In this document: positions 25,675 to 37,691 of the stretch, in pieces
How positions within the stretch are numbered: the stretch's first letter is position 1
Layout: every line of letters begins with the position of its first letter
Assembly: GCF_006345805.1 (NCBI RefSeq)
Contig: NC_042999.1
Coordinates: forward strand, 23,746,001-23,810,000
DNA: 64,000 nucleotides
Direction: 5' to 3'
DNA from: Octopus sinensis
Taxonomy: Eukaryota
The notes under the pieces: generated by a model
What the model saw: only the letters and a program-made list of their open reading frames with translations
Database searches by the model: none
Told to the model about the DNA's origin: nothing
Translations under genes and position numbers: made by a program

Positions 25675-28600
25675 TCAGGATTTGGGCACCAAGGCCCATT
25701 CGAGCAGAGAGTTATTGTTTGCGGAGACATATCCGGGTGTGGGTGGTTTGTCCGGTACTGTTTGAAGGAATTTGTCCAAAGACTTCTTGAATTTTGTGTG
25801 GTCAGTATCTTTTTTGACGTATCCTGGTGTAATGTTGAAGAGAGCGGGTCCAATTGAGGTGAAATAGTTGTGCCGTATTGTCGTTATGTGATGCGATTTA
25901 GATTTCTGTTGTGGACGGATGGCACGTGGTCCAAGCCTTGGATGTATTTTGAAGGTGATGCCAACATCATTCGGACAGTGCTGATGGAATATTTTCCACA
26001 TCATACAGATAATGTAGCGTTCACAGCGTCGTTGGAGTGAATACAATTTCAGCTTCTCTAGTCTACCCCAGTAGTCAAGGTCTGACATGCCATCTATCTT
26101 TTTTGTGATTGACCTTTGGGGAGCTTCAATTCTTATAATATTTTGTTTTGTGTAGGGAGACCACAGTGGACAGCAGTATTCAAGGTGGGGTCGGGCAAAA
26201 GTGGAGAAGAGAAGGATAATAGCGTGGGAATCTCTCGACTGGAAGGTTCTGAGAATCCAGGAACACATTCTGCAGGCCATGTCAACTTTGCTGCTTGTAT
26301 GTGTAGCCCAGCTTATGTTGTTGTCCACTGTTACTCCCAAGTCTCTGATGTTGTTGGATGCCATGAGAATTTCTCCAGAAGGAAGAGAGTATGGGAGTTT
26401 GAGAGCGTCCTCCCTTCCAAAGTGGATCAGTTCGAACTTGTCTTCATTTAGCAACATGTTATTCTTTTCCGCCCATTGGACAACAGCCAGTAGGTCTGAC
26501 TGAAGGTTTATTCGGTCATCCACGCCATTGATGACCTTCTGGAGCTTGGAATCATCAGCGAAGGTTCTGATGTTACTGTGTTTGATGGTGTCAGTAATAT
26601 CATTTATGTAGATGATGAAGAGAAGTGGGCCCAACACAGTGCCTTGTGGGACACCACTGCTGACTTTGGCTGGGCTGGATTTGACTCCATCGACTACAAC
26701 ATGTTGGGTTCTGTTAGACAGGAAGCACTTGATCCACTGCAGCAGCTTTCCAGTGACACCAATATTGGACAGCTTTCTCAGAAGGATCTTATGATCAACC
26801 CTGTCAAAGGCCTTGCTGAAATCAAGGTAGATGACATCAGTGTTGGAACCTTCTCCCAAGGCTCTCAAAATGTCATCAAAATGATGCAGTAGCTGCGTCA
26901 GGCAATCTCTCCCATTACGGAATCCATGCTGGTTGGGGTTCAGCATATTATGACTCTCAAGGAAGTGAGTCATACGCGATCTCAGCACCCTCTCAAATAC
27001 CTTGATGATATGAGAGGTGAGTGAGATTGGACGGTAATTCACGGCAAGCGATTTGTTTCCTTTTTTGAAAACTGGGACAACAGACTGGGATAGAAGTCTT
27101 CTGGTATATATCCAGCATCCAGTGAGTTCCGCCACAGATTGGCTAGAGGGGGTGCAAGTTGGTTTTGACACATCTTCAAGACACAAGCAGGGAACCTATC
27201 GGGACCTACTGCTGAATTATGCTTCATTTCCTTTATTGCTGCTAGGACATCAGGAGCTCCAAATGTTATGTCCGATAAAGTGTATTGGGGAGTAACATCA
27301 CTGATACAGCCCAGATCAGTCATATCAGGATTGCTGAAAACAGAGCAATATTGTTTCTGCAATATCTCTCCATGGTTTTGGCATTGTCTTGAAGAGTACC
27401 ATTTTCATCAATCAGAGGGCCAACAGTAGAACCAGTGACTCTGTGTTTTTTTGCAAATGAAAAGAACACTTTGGGATTGAGTTTGATCTTCTCAATGGCC
27501 CAGGCCTCTTCAGCTCTTCGCTGACAATTGATGATAGACATCATGTTGTTTTGGAGTTTATGTTTTTTAATCTCTAGCGACGAGATGGCAGTCAGGTTGG
27601 TGTGTTGCTGTTGACAGTATTTCAGCATGTTGATCTTTTTGTTAATTCTTTTAATTTTCCTTATGAGAGATTTTCTATTTCTAGGGATTCGACACTTAGA
27701 TTTGTTTGCAGATCTTAATGGGGTGTGTCTTGCACATATGTTCGTGATGGTGTCTACAAGTGACTGCCAGGACTTTTTGATGTTAGTGGGTGTGTATGTG
27801 TGCGTGAAGGACCAATCGACTTGTGCAAGATCATTATTGATCGCTTCCCAGTTTGCATTGTGGAAATCCATAGTGTCAAATGGATGAACAGGAGGGATGA
27901 CATTTGTTTTGCATTTTGGCCAGTGGAATCTCAGATCACAGAGAACCATGTCATGGTCGGAGAGTAGGGTTCTCCACTGCAATATTGTGGATAGTATCAG
28001 TGTGATGCTGCTGAAAATTAAGTCTAAGACGTTTTTGTGGCATCTCGTTGGTTCCAGTACCAGTTGGGACAGGAAGAAATCATCCATGAAGTCAAGAAGC
28101 GATTCCACTGCCTCCCTGTCAGGGGTTGAGAGAGAAGAACCTGGCGGCAGACTGTTTGTAGACCAGTCAACCCCGGGAAGGTTGAAGTCTCCCATCATTA
28201 AAATGTTGTCAGGTTGACACTGCTGAATGAAACACTGTATGCTGTTGAGGCATTCCTTGAAGCATGGTAGGGGCGTTTGGGGTGGTCTGTAGAGCCCAAC
28301 TACTGTTAAGTTGTTGGTTTGGCTGAAAACAGCGACTGCTTCGCAGTATCCATTGGAAAATGTGTTCATGGCTTCTGTTGAGAATGAATCATGGACATAA
28401 ATGGCAGTCCCACCCTTTCTTCTGCCAGCACGATCAGCACGAATGGTTTTGAAATTTTTAACTTTCACCTCGGCTTCCAAGTGGAGGTCACTAAGATGGG
28501 TTTCAGTGAGGACGAAGAAAGGGATGTGGTTTGGATGGTCCTCGACCCAGTCCTCCAGGAATCTTAACTTCCATTTTTGTGTATTGGTGGAAGGGCTGAT

Positions 28601-28690
28601 GCCTTGGGCATTAAGCAGAAATGTTGAGGCGAGAGTGGATGGTTTTAATTGTTTTGGTGATTTGTTTATTTGATTGCTTTTTAATGGCAT
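25675..28690 (-). pseudogene. LINE ORF2: APE endonuclease + reverse transcriptase, frameshifted
   Basis: LNAQG, LTETHL, GLYRPP, MGDFN, SDH; NYRPISL, YLDFSKAFD, SGVPQGTVLGP, FADD; split over three ORFs. Confidence 0.92.
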
Positions 28691-29957
28691 GTGCAGTGGG
28701 GTAATAGTGGTGTGGTGGATGGTGGGGGTGATAGCTCGGATGTGTTTTTTCCAGTTCTTTTGCTAGATTCATTAGAGCTAAAAAAGAGGAAGAAGAGGTG
28801 GTTTCCTGTCTAGGGAACTGTAGGTGACTGTGGTTGTGACTGTGGTTATTTTTATGTGGGTGGTTATCTTTAAATGTCCGACGGGTCCCCGGGAGATGGG
28901 TAAAGGGGCAATCCCTGTACAAACATAATCTGTCTCGCTGGGAATAGCGGCAGATTTGGGGATTCCTTGTTTGAGATATTCGTGGTTGTGGTGGTGTTGT
29001 ATTATGGTGGTTGCTGTTGTCGTTTGTGGGAATAGAGCGTTTTGTTCCAGGTAAATGGGTGAATTTGCAGTCTCTATCAGTGCACAGTCTATGGCGAAGA
29101 GAATATCGGCAAATGATGGGGTTTCGAGTGGGTGTGTAGGTGCGCGTGTGTGTGTGAGTTGTGAGAGGTGTAGATGATAGTTTGTTGAAGTTTTGGCGAC
29201 CTTTGTGACCTGTAGGAGGTAAATTCCTTGAGATAGCATTAGTAGTAGTAGTTGTAGTAGTAGTAGTAGGTAGAAGAGATGTTGACAGTGGTAATGATTG
29301 AGGACGTCGATTCCAAGAGCTAGCGGTAGACAAAGATCTTTGTCGATACTTAGTGAGAGTAGTACTAGTAGTAGTAAGCAGATGAGATGGTGTTGACAAT
29401 GATGATGATTGAGTTGCTGGGGCTGTGAAAGGAAGCGGTGGTGCTTCCTGCTGTGTGACCCTGATGACTGGGGGGTCAATCGTTTCGTTTAGCAAATCGG
29501 CCATTGTAGATGAATCGAGGAGTGGTTCATCCTGTTGTTGTTGCCGCTGAGGTTGTTGTTGTTGTTGCTGTATCTGTTGTTGTTGTTGTTGCCGCTGAGG
29601 TTGTTGAAGTTGTTGTTGCTGTAGCTGTTGTTGTTGTTGTTGTTGCCACTGAGTTTGTTGTTGTTGAGGTTGTTGTTGTTGTTGTTGTTGTTGCGCCGGT
29701 GATGCGTTCGAAGAGAAAACACATCTCAGTTTATCGAAGTGTTTATTTATTAATCTAAAAGCAACTTCGATTTGTTTTAATTTATTTAGTATCTGCTGTT
29801 CAGATCGAGTTTGCAAATGGTGAACTGTTCGTTTAGCAATTTCGTTTAGACACGAAGCACCTATGCTCTCTGTTTCGGTAAGGCCATGCCATGTGTTGAT
29901 AAGAACGTCGACTTCATTATCAGACCAGTTTTTGTTGGATTTTTGGTGGCTAGCCAT
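28611..29957 (-). CDS. LINE ORF1: Myb/SANT-like N-terminus, poly-Q, S/T-rich linker, two CCCH zinc fingers
   Basis: KNWSDNEVDVLINTW; CRYSLRHRLCTDRDCKFTH and CRYSQRDRLCLYRDCPFTH; directly upstream of and overlapping ORF2. Confidence 0.8.
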   Translation of the reverse strand: MASHQKSNKNWSDNEVDVLINTWHGLTETESIGASCLNEIAKRTVHHLQTRSEQQILNKLKQIEVAFRLINKHFDKLRCVFSSNASPAQQQQQQQQPQQQQTQWQQQQQQQLQQQQLQQPQRQQQQQQIQQQQQQPQRQQQQDEPLLDSSTMADLLNETIDPPVIRVTQQEAPPLPFTAPATQSSSLSTPSHLLTTTSTTLTKYRQRSLSTASSWNRRPQSLPLSTSLLPTTTTTTTTTNAISRNLPPTGHKGRQNFNKLSSTPLTTHTHTRTYTPTRNPIICRYSLRHRLCTDRDCKFTHLPGTKRSIPTNDNSNHHNTTPPQPRISQTRNPQICRYSQRDRLCLYRDCPFTHLPGTRRTFKDNHPHKNNHSHNHSHLQFPRQETTSSSSFLALMNLAKELEKTHPSYHPHHPPHHYYPTAHAIKKQSNKQITKTIKTIHSRLNISA

Positions 29958-30453
29958 TCTGGTTGATATGTTTTATTAAATTTTATTTTGTTCGTTTGTT
30001 TTGTTGATTATTTTTAATTATATATATATTTTTTTTTTTTTTTAAGGAGAAGTATGTAGAATTGATTGTACAGAATGCTTGCTGTAATACTGAGAAGTTT
30101 GTATTTGAATTATGAGCTTGTAGTTATTTTATCTTTCTTTTCTTTTCTTTTTTCCCCTCTTTTTCTAATTTTTTTTTTTTTTTTTTATGTGTGGGTTTAG
30201 TTATCAGAAGGTGTTTGAAAACATTTGGTCGTTTGAAAATTATGAATATATGTATATTTGGTCGTTTGAAAATTATGAAAATAGGTTGTGGTTAAGGAAA
30301 AGTCTACTCACGAGTTGGGAAAAAGCGTGGTTTCAAATATACAGGAATATAAATATATATATATATATTGATATATATATATATATAAATATATATTATA
30401 TATGTATATATATAAATAAATAAATATATATATATATAAATATATATATATTA

Positions 30454-30554
<101 letters not shown>

Positions 30555-30555
30555 C

Positions 30556-31202
30556 ATACGAAGTTGACTCTCAACATAAAATCTCGGACATAACCTTCAC
30601 TGCCACTGACATTATAGCAGCAATAAATGAGGTCAAATACTACTCTTTTGTAGGCCCTGATAGATTCCCCGCTAGACTCCTGAAGGAATGTAGACACCAA
30701 CTTGCAGTCCCTTTGACCAACCTCTGGATAAATTCGTTAGATGCAGGTTATATACCAAAACAGTCTCTATCCCAGTCAATCATCCCGGTTTTCAAACAGG
30801 GAAACAGATCCTCGCACTCAACTATCGCCCAATCTCACTCACCTCCCACCTCATCAAAGTGTTTGAAAGAGTGTTAAGATCAAGGATGGCTGACTTTCTG
30901 GAGACCCAGAAACTCCTAAATTCAAATCAACATGGCTTTCGCTGTGGCAGGGATTGTCTAACACAGCTCGTACACCATATTGAAGATGTACTCAAAGCCT
31001 TGGGAACAGGTTCGAACTCTGATGTCATATATCTTGACTTCAGTAAAGCGTTTGACAGGGTAGACCATAATATCCTACTCTCAAAATTGGCAAATGTTGG
31101 AATCCGTGGAAAAGTTCTACACTGGATCAAGTATTTCCTGGCGAATAGAACACAACATGTTGTAGTTGATGAAGTCCACTCAAGCCCAGCAAATGTCACC
31201 AG

Positions 31203-31249
<47 letters not shown>

Positions 31250-31455
31250 CACCTGAAGGAGAGAAAATTTGAGCTGATTTATTTTGGAAGAAATTCCTCA
31301 CTAAAACAGCCATACTCTCTTCCTTCAGAGGAACCGCTCACAGCCTCTAACAACATCAGAGACCTAGGTGTAATTGTTGATGACGATCTCAGTTGGAGTG
31401 CACACATCAACAAGAAGGTCGATATAGCTCGTAGGATGAGTTCCTGGATCTTATC
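30556..31455 (+). mobile_element. Diverged CR1-like RT fragment interrupted by (TA)n
   Basis: QHGFRCGRDCLTQL, YLDFSKAFDRVDH, NNIRDLGV. Confidence 0.88.
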
Positions 31456-31662
31456 TACTGATAACCATATTTCATCCTAGTAAATGACCACAGCATCTTG
31501 TCTTGGCTACACGCGGGTGGGAAGGGGCTGGTGACACAAACTTTCATTCACACTTTGAATTTGGTGGTACTGGTAATGGCTTTAGCTCGCTCTGATACTG
31601 AGTTGAGATGATGCCTTCTAGTATCTCAAAATTTAATATACAATTATTCATAATTGTAGTGT

Positions 31663-31753
31663 CCTACGCTGATGAGAAAAGAAGTTGGGTAAGGTAGAAT
31701 TATCTAATTCTTATGCTTTCCTAAAACTTGATTTCGAAACGTACGTCCGTAGG
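31663..31753 (+). ncRNA. Type I hammerhead ribozyme in a solo pLTR-like fragment (~31456-32048)
   Basis: cctacg CTGATGA gaaa...tttc GAAA cgtacg TC cgtagg; extended stem II, palindromic stem III, GUC cleavage site at 31745-31747. Confidence 0.85.
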
Positions 31754-32081
31754 TGACTTAAAATTGTATGATAGATTGCCGTCATTTCATTCTCTCTTAC
31801 CTGTCTGTGTTTGCTTTTCAAGTGCTGTGTTTTTACTGAGATCTCCCTTTTAGTAGAAAGAATAGCTATAACTCTTTGACTGCTATTTCTAAATTCGGTG
31901 TGTGGTGAGGCAATTCGTTGCTAAACCCTTAATTGCTTAGTATTACTTAAATTTTCCTCGAATGAGGCTTTTACATGCCGAAATCTACTTGGTGTAATTG
32001 ATAATTATTCCAAATTAATTAATTTCACCCTTTATTGTTACTGATAACTATATATATAATATATATGTATATATATATATT

Positions 32082-32194
<113 letters not shown>

Positions 32195-33968
32195 TATATA
32201 TATATAAAGCAGATCGGTCCATGTATAACATCAAAAGGAGCAGCTCTTTTTCTTCGATGAAATTATACTCATGTCACATAAATGTAATATTAATGTACAA
32301 ATTTCTAATCAATTTAATGAAACAATTGTAAGCAGCAAAGATGACCACTTTGTAAGCAATAAACAATTATCAACTTCTTTATCTCCATTTTCTTTTCCGC
32401 TTTGAAATGGATATAAACTATATTCTTAATGTATACCTATTGTTTTAAGGGTATTTCATTGCCTCAAAATACTAGGTATTCAACCAGTGTTTCCTTGAAT
32501 GCAACCATCCCATCACAAGGTTAACATATCCCCTAATTATATACTTATATGTATATATATATATGTATATATGAGTATATGTATGTATGTATAGACAGAT
32601 AGATGAATTGATGGATAGGTGAGAGCGTATACATATTTCGGTCTTACCTATTTTTTCTAAATACAAACACCCACATACATTCATACATGCGTGTTTCTAA
32701 TTTGACGCAAAAGGTTGACCTAAGATTTGAATAGGAATAAGAAATTTAATGACAATAAATTGAGATATTTTAGAATTTCTTTAGAATTGTTAAAGAAAAG
32801 AAATAGTGAGTCACTATTTAAATGTATGTTTCATTGTGTAAGAAATAGCAGGTACGCAGATAGCTATGTATATGTACATATATGCATATAAATACGTGTG
32901 TATGACTGTATGTGGGTGTATGTGTACAGTTGTATTTGTATTTCAGTATGTTGTTGTTTATGTTTGCACACACATGTGTGTGTGTGTGTGCGTATACCTA
33001 TGTTTGGACTTATACGTGTATGTATGATTGTTTTTAGTTATGTATATATGTAAACAGGAATTGTTCATGTAGGTATATATTTATGTATATATGGTGATGA
33101 TGACGATGGCTATCCACTCATGAGTAAAAAAGGCCATCACTGACCATCTACCATACGAAATGACTGGAAGGACAGTTCTAAGTAGTATTGTGTTCATGGT
33201 CAGCTTTATTCAGATTCGCAGCTGTGGCCTTCATGCATGCCGCAGGGCCCTCCTAATTGAAGAAGTATCGTAAATGACTGTTACCTAGCGATTGTACAAC
33301 CTAGAATTTTAAATCCAATAAGGCTTGGCTGACCCCTCGCTGATCCTTTGCACCCTATTGACATGATCCAGAGACAAGCCAGGACAAGCTATCAAGTGCC
33401 AATGTGGGTCACAGTCTGAATGTGGGGGTATTATGATCCCATGCACAATCTATATTTCTATAGTTCAATATAGTTTTTCTCCCCCATACATGTATATTAT
33501 GTTTTTATATATTTAGGTGTCTGTAAATTTTTTATATTTTTTAAGATCTTAATGAGTGATACATTGAATATATTTTTAAAATTTGCATATATCAGTTTTT
33601 GTAGTGATTATATGTGTATTTAAATATACCCCGAAACGCGTCTGTAGCTGTCGATCAAGTAGTGTGGAGCGACTGACCTCCCTTGTTCGAAGGTTATATG
33701 GATACAGTTTGTGTATCAAATAGCTAACTTAAGGCGATGGCCTCATGGAGCTAATAAGCGGACAGCTTTATTCTTATTTTTATAAGAATGCCATATTAGT
33801 ATGGCGATAACTATTAATTTCCAGGAACGCTGTCGTGTTCTCTTTTAGAGAGACTTAGTAATTTTAATATTTCTATTATTGAAAACAAGTGGATGTATTC
33901 CACTGAAACTAGGTAAATAAAACCTTCGAACAGGGATTGTCGGAAGCGACACCTACTGGTCTGACTAC

Positions 33969-34010
33969 GCTACATTGAAAAGGGGCAATACCCCGAAACG
34001 CGTCTGTAGC
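33969..34010 (+). ncRNA. Minimal type I hammerhead, U3-A8 core variant
   Basis: gctaca TTGAAAA gggg-caata-cccc GAAA cgcg TC tgtagc. Confidence 0.8.
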
Positions 34011-34272
34011 TGTCGATCAAGTAGTGTGGAGCGACTGACCTCCCTATATATATATATAATAGAAATATTAAAATTGCTAAGTCTCTCTAAAAGAGAACAC
34101 GGCAGCGTTCCTGGAAATTAATAGTTATCGCCATACTAATATGACATTCTTATAAAAATAAGAATAAAGCTGTCCGCTTATTAGCTCCATGAGGCCATCG
34201 CCTTAAGTTAGCTATTTGATACACAAACTGTATCCATATAACCTTCGAACAAGGGAGGTCAGTCGCTCCACA

Positions 34273-34312
34273 CTACATTGAAAAGGGGCAATACCCCGAA
34301 ACGCGTCTGTAG
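34273..34312 (+). ncRNA. Minimal type I hammerhead, U3-A8 core variant
   Basis: ctaca TTGAAAA gggg-caata-cccc GAAA cgcg TC tgtag. Confidence 0.78.
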
Positions 34313-34634
34313 CTGTCGATCAAGTAGTGTGGAGCGACTGACTTCTCTTGTTCGAAGGTTATATGGATACAGTTTGTGTATCAAATAGCTAACTTAAGGC
34401 GATGGCCTCATGGAGCTAATAAGCGGACAGCTTTATTCTTATTTTTATAAGAATGCCATATTAGTATGGCGATAACTATTAATTTCCAGGAACGCTGCCG
34501 TGTTCTCTTTTAGAGAGACTTAGTAATTTTAATATTTCTATTATTGAAAACAAGTGGATGTATTCCACTGAAACTAGGTAAAAAAAAACCTTCGAACAGG
34601 GATTGTCGGAAGCGACACCTACCGGTCTGACTAC

Positions 34635-34676
34635 GCTACATTGAAAAGGGGCAATACCCCGAAACGCGTCTGTAGC
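34635..34676 (+). ncRNA. Minimal type I hammerhead, U3-A8 core variant
   Basis: Identical to 33969-34010. Confidence 0.8.
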
Positions 34677-34842
34677 TGTCGATCAAGTAGTGTGGAGCGA
34701 CTGACCTCCCTTGTTCGAAGGTTATATGGATACAGTTTGTGTATCAAATAGCTAACTTAAGGCGATGGCCTCATGGAGCTAATAAGCGGACAGCTTTATT
34801 CTTATTTTTATAAGAATGCCATATTAGTATGGCGATAACTAT

Positions 34843-34890
<48 letters not shown>

Positions 34891-34917
34891 TAATATTATA
34901 TATATATAATTATTATA

Positions 34918-34959
<42 letters not shown>

Positions 34960-35199
34960 TATACCCAACGTCTCATGTTGTCACAGCGCTGCCTATGTAA
35001 TTAAAACAAATCTATATTATATATATATATTTGTGTGTGTATGTGTGTCTTTGTGTCTGTGTTTCTCCATCCACCCTACTTGACCACCAGTGTCGCTGTG
35101 TTTACATCGTCATAACATAGCTGTTCCCCTCATAGAAACCGATAGAATATCTACAAGTTTTAAAGATAATAAAGAAATGAAGTTCTGGGTATGGGTATA

Positions 35200-35290
35200 A
35201 AATGGACAATGAGAAAATAAGCCATCTATTGTGTATGGATGACTTAAAACTCTTAGGTAAAACAAGAATGAGCATGAAAGCATTCAGTGA
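35200..35290 (+). mobile_element. R4/Dong-like RT fragment
   Basis: Translates KISHLLCMDDLKL, resembling the R4-clade HLLYMDDLKL motif. Confidence 0.5.
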
Positions 35291-35294
35291 TGAT

Positions 35295-35403
35295 TGAGAG
35301 AGCGAGAGAGAGAGACTGAGAGAGAAAGAGAGAGAGAGAGAGGGAGAGAGGGAGGGAGAAAGAGACAAAGAGAGAGACGGAGAGAGAGATAGAGAGAGAG
35401 AGG

Positions 35404-35436
<33 letters not shown>

Positions 35437-36360
35437 GGGGAGAGTTTCTGTATGATGTATGTGTGTGTGTATGTACGTATGTATGTGTGTATGTATGTAC
35501 GTATGTATGTATGAATGTATGTATGTATGTATGTATGTATGTGTGTACATATGTATGTATGGTATGTATGTATGTATGTATGTATGTATGTATGTATGTA
35601 TGTATGTGTGTATGTATGTATGTGTGTATGTATGTATGTATGTATGTATGTATGTGTGTATGTATGTTTGTGTGTATGTGTGTATGTACGTATGTATGTA
35701 GTTATGTGTGTATGTATGTATGTGTGTATGTATGTATGTCGTATGTATGTGTGTATGTAGATATGTATGTGTGTATGTATGTATGTATGTATGTATGTAT
35801 GTATGCATGTATGTGTGTATGTGTGTATGTGTGTATGTGTGTATATGTATGTATGTGTGTATGTATGTATGTTTTTATGTGTGTATGTATGTACGTATGC
35901 ATGTATGTGTGTATATGTATGTATGTGTGTATGTATGTATGTATTTATGTATGTGTGTATGTATATATGTATGTACGTGTGTATGTATGTGTGTATGTAT
36001 GTATGTACTGTATGTATTTATGTATGTGCGTATGTGTATGCATGTATGTGTATGTATGTATGTGTGTATGTATGCATGTGCGTATGTATGTATGTATGTA
36101 TGTATGTATGAGTGTGTGTATGTATGTGTGTATGTTTGTATCTATGTATGTGTGTATGTATGTCTGTATGTATGTATGTGTGTATGTCTGTCTGTCTGTA
36201 TGTATATATGTGTGTATGTATGTATGTATGTATGTGTGTATGTATGTGTGTATGTGTATGTATGCATGTATGTACGTATGTATGTATGTGTGTATGTGTG
36301 TATGTATGTATGTTTTTATGTGTGTGGGTATGTATGTATGTATGTATGTGTGTATATGTG

Positions 36361-36395
<35 letters not shown>

Positions 36396-36530
36396 GTGTA
36401 TGTACGTACGTATGTATATATTTATGTATGTGTGTATGTGTGTACGTATGTATGTATGTATGTATGTATGTATGTATGTATGTATGTATGTATGTGTGTA
36501 TGTGTGTACGTATGTATGTGTGTATGTATG
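35295..36530. repeat. (GA)n followed by a ~1.1 kb (TATG)/(TG) compound microsatellite
   Basis: Direct reading. Confidence 0.97.
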
Positions 36531-37425
36531 GCTTCAGTGATACACACACACCATCGGCAAGCCAACTTCAAAAGAACTTCCCCAATCCAACCGCGCCCTC
36601 TCTGTCTCTTTTGCTTCTATACCTATTTTCGGATTTTGTTAGGACCCCTTTATGGTAAAGATTTGGATGGGGAAAACGTGGTAGAGGTTGATGTGCTAGC
36701 AAACATCTCCCTTCATTGTTTTACAAAGTAAACTACATCATAAATAAATACGCAGGGGCAGCCATGGTTGGAACAAGAGCAGCAAGCATTGTTAAAGAAG
36801 AAAAGAAGCCACGATGTTTTTTTGTATATATTGAAGGGATGTCGTAAATCTTTTTGAGTTCTTTATGTTTGGTCTGGAACAACAGTGATTGTTAATCCTT
36901 TAGTTTGATACCCCGAGTCTTTTTTTATCGTCTTAATCTTAAAATAATCTATTGTAATGGCGTGTTGTCCGTATGTTCTGCATAAAGTTGCAAAACGTCT
37001 TGGCAATAATTTTATAACTGATAAAATTATCAACTCCGGATTTAAAATTATACACCGTTAAATCCAGATAGATTTCAAGATATGATTTTTTTAACACTTT
37101 TTTTATTATTTTTCATTATATATTTTTAAGTGCTAAGCATTTGTGTGCTTAATTAATTATTTCGCTGTTTTTATTCTTTTTCTTTTATTCTTTTATTTGT
37201 TTCAGTCATTTGAGTGCGGCCATGCTGGAGCACCGCCTTTAGTCGAGCAAATCGACCCCAGGACATTCTTTGTAAGCCTAGTACTTATTCTATCGGTGTA
37301 GCTTGCCGAACCGCTAAGTTACGGGGTCGTAAACACACCAGCATCGGTTGTCAAGCGGTGTTGGGAGAACAAACACAGACACAAACATATACATACACAC
37401 ACACACACATATATATATATATACA

Positions 37426-37461
<36 letters not shown>

Positions 37462-37527
37462 TTATATATATAATATATATATACACATATATATATATAT
37501 AATATATATATATATATACATACATAT

Positions 37528-37579
<52 letters not shown>

Positions 37580-37625
37580 CATACATACATACATACATAC
37601 ATTACATACATACATACATACATAC

Positions 37626-37691
<66 letters not shown>

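Larger units (their letters stand above)
25589..30346 (-). mobile_element. Near full-length CR1-supergroup LINE flanked by (TA)n
   Basis: ORF1 plus APE-RT ORF2, short 3' UTR ending TTCTAAGTTATTCTAAGT, (TA)n on both sides. Confidence 0.92.
33626..34843 (+). mobile_element. Retrozyme-like non-coding array of 362-363 bp units with an internal inversion
   Basis: CGAAACGCGTC at 33632, 33994, 34297, 34660; 34057-34275 is an inverted partial unit; (TA)n at 34045 and after 34843; no ORF. Confidence 0.85.

Noticed and set aside
28611-29957. Host poly-Q transcription factor gene
   Set aside because: Intronless, overlaps LINE ORF2 and lies within the element's (TA)n-bounded limits.
33626-34843. CRISPR-like or plain satellite interpretation
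   Set aside because: No unique spacers or cas genes; whole units repeat and carry a ribozyme.
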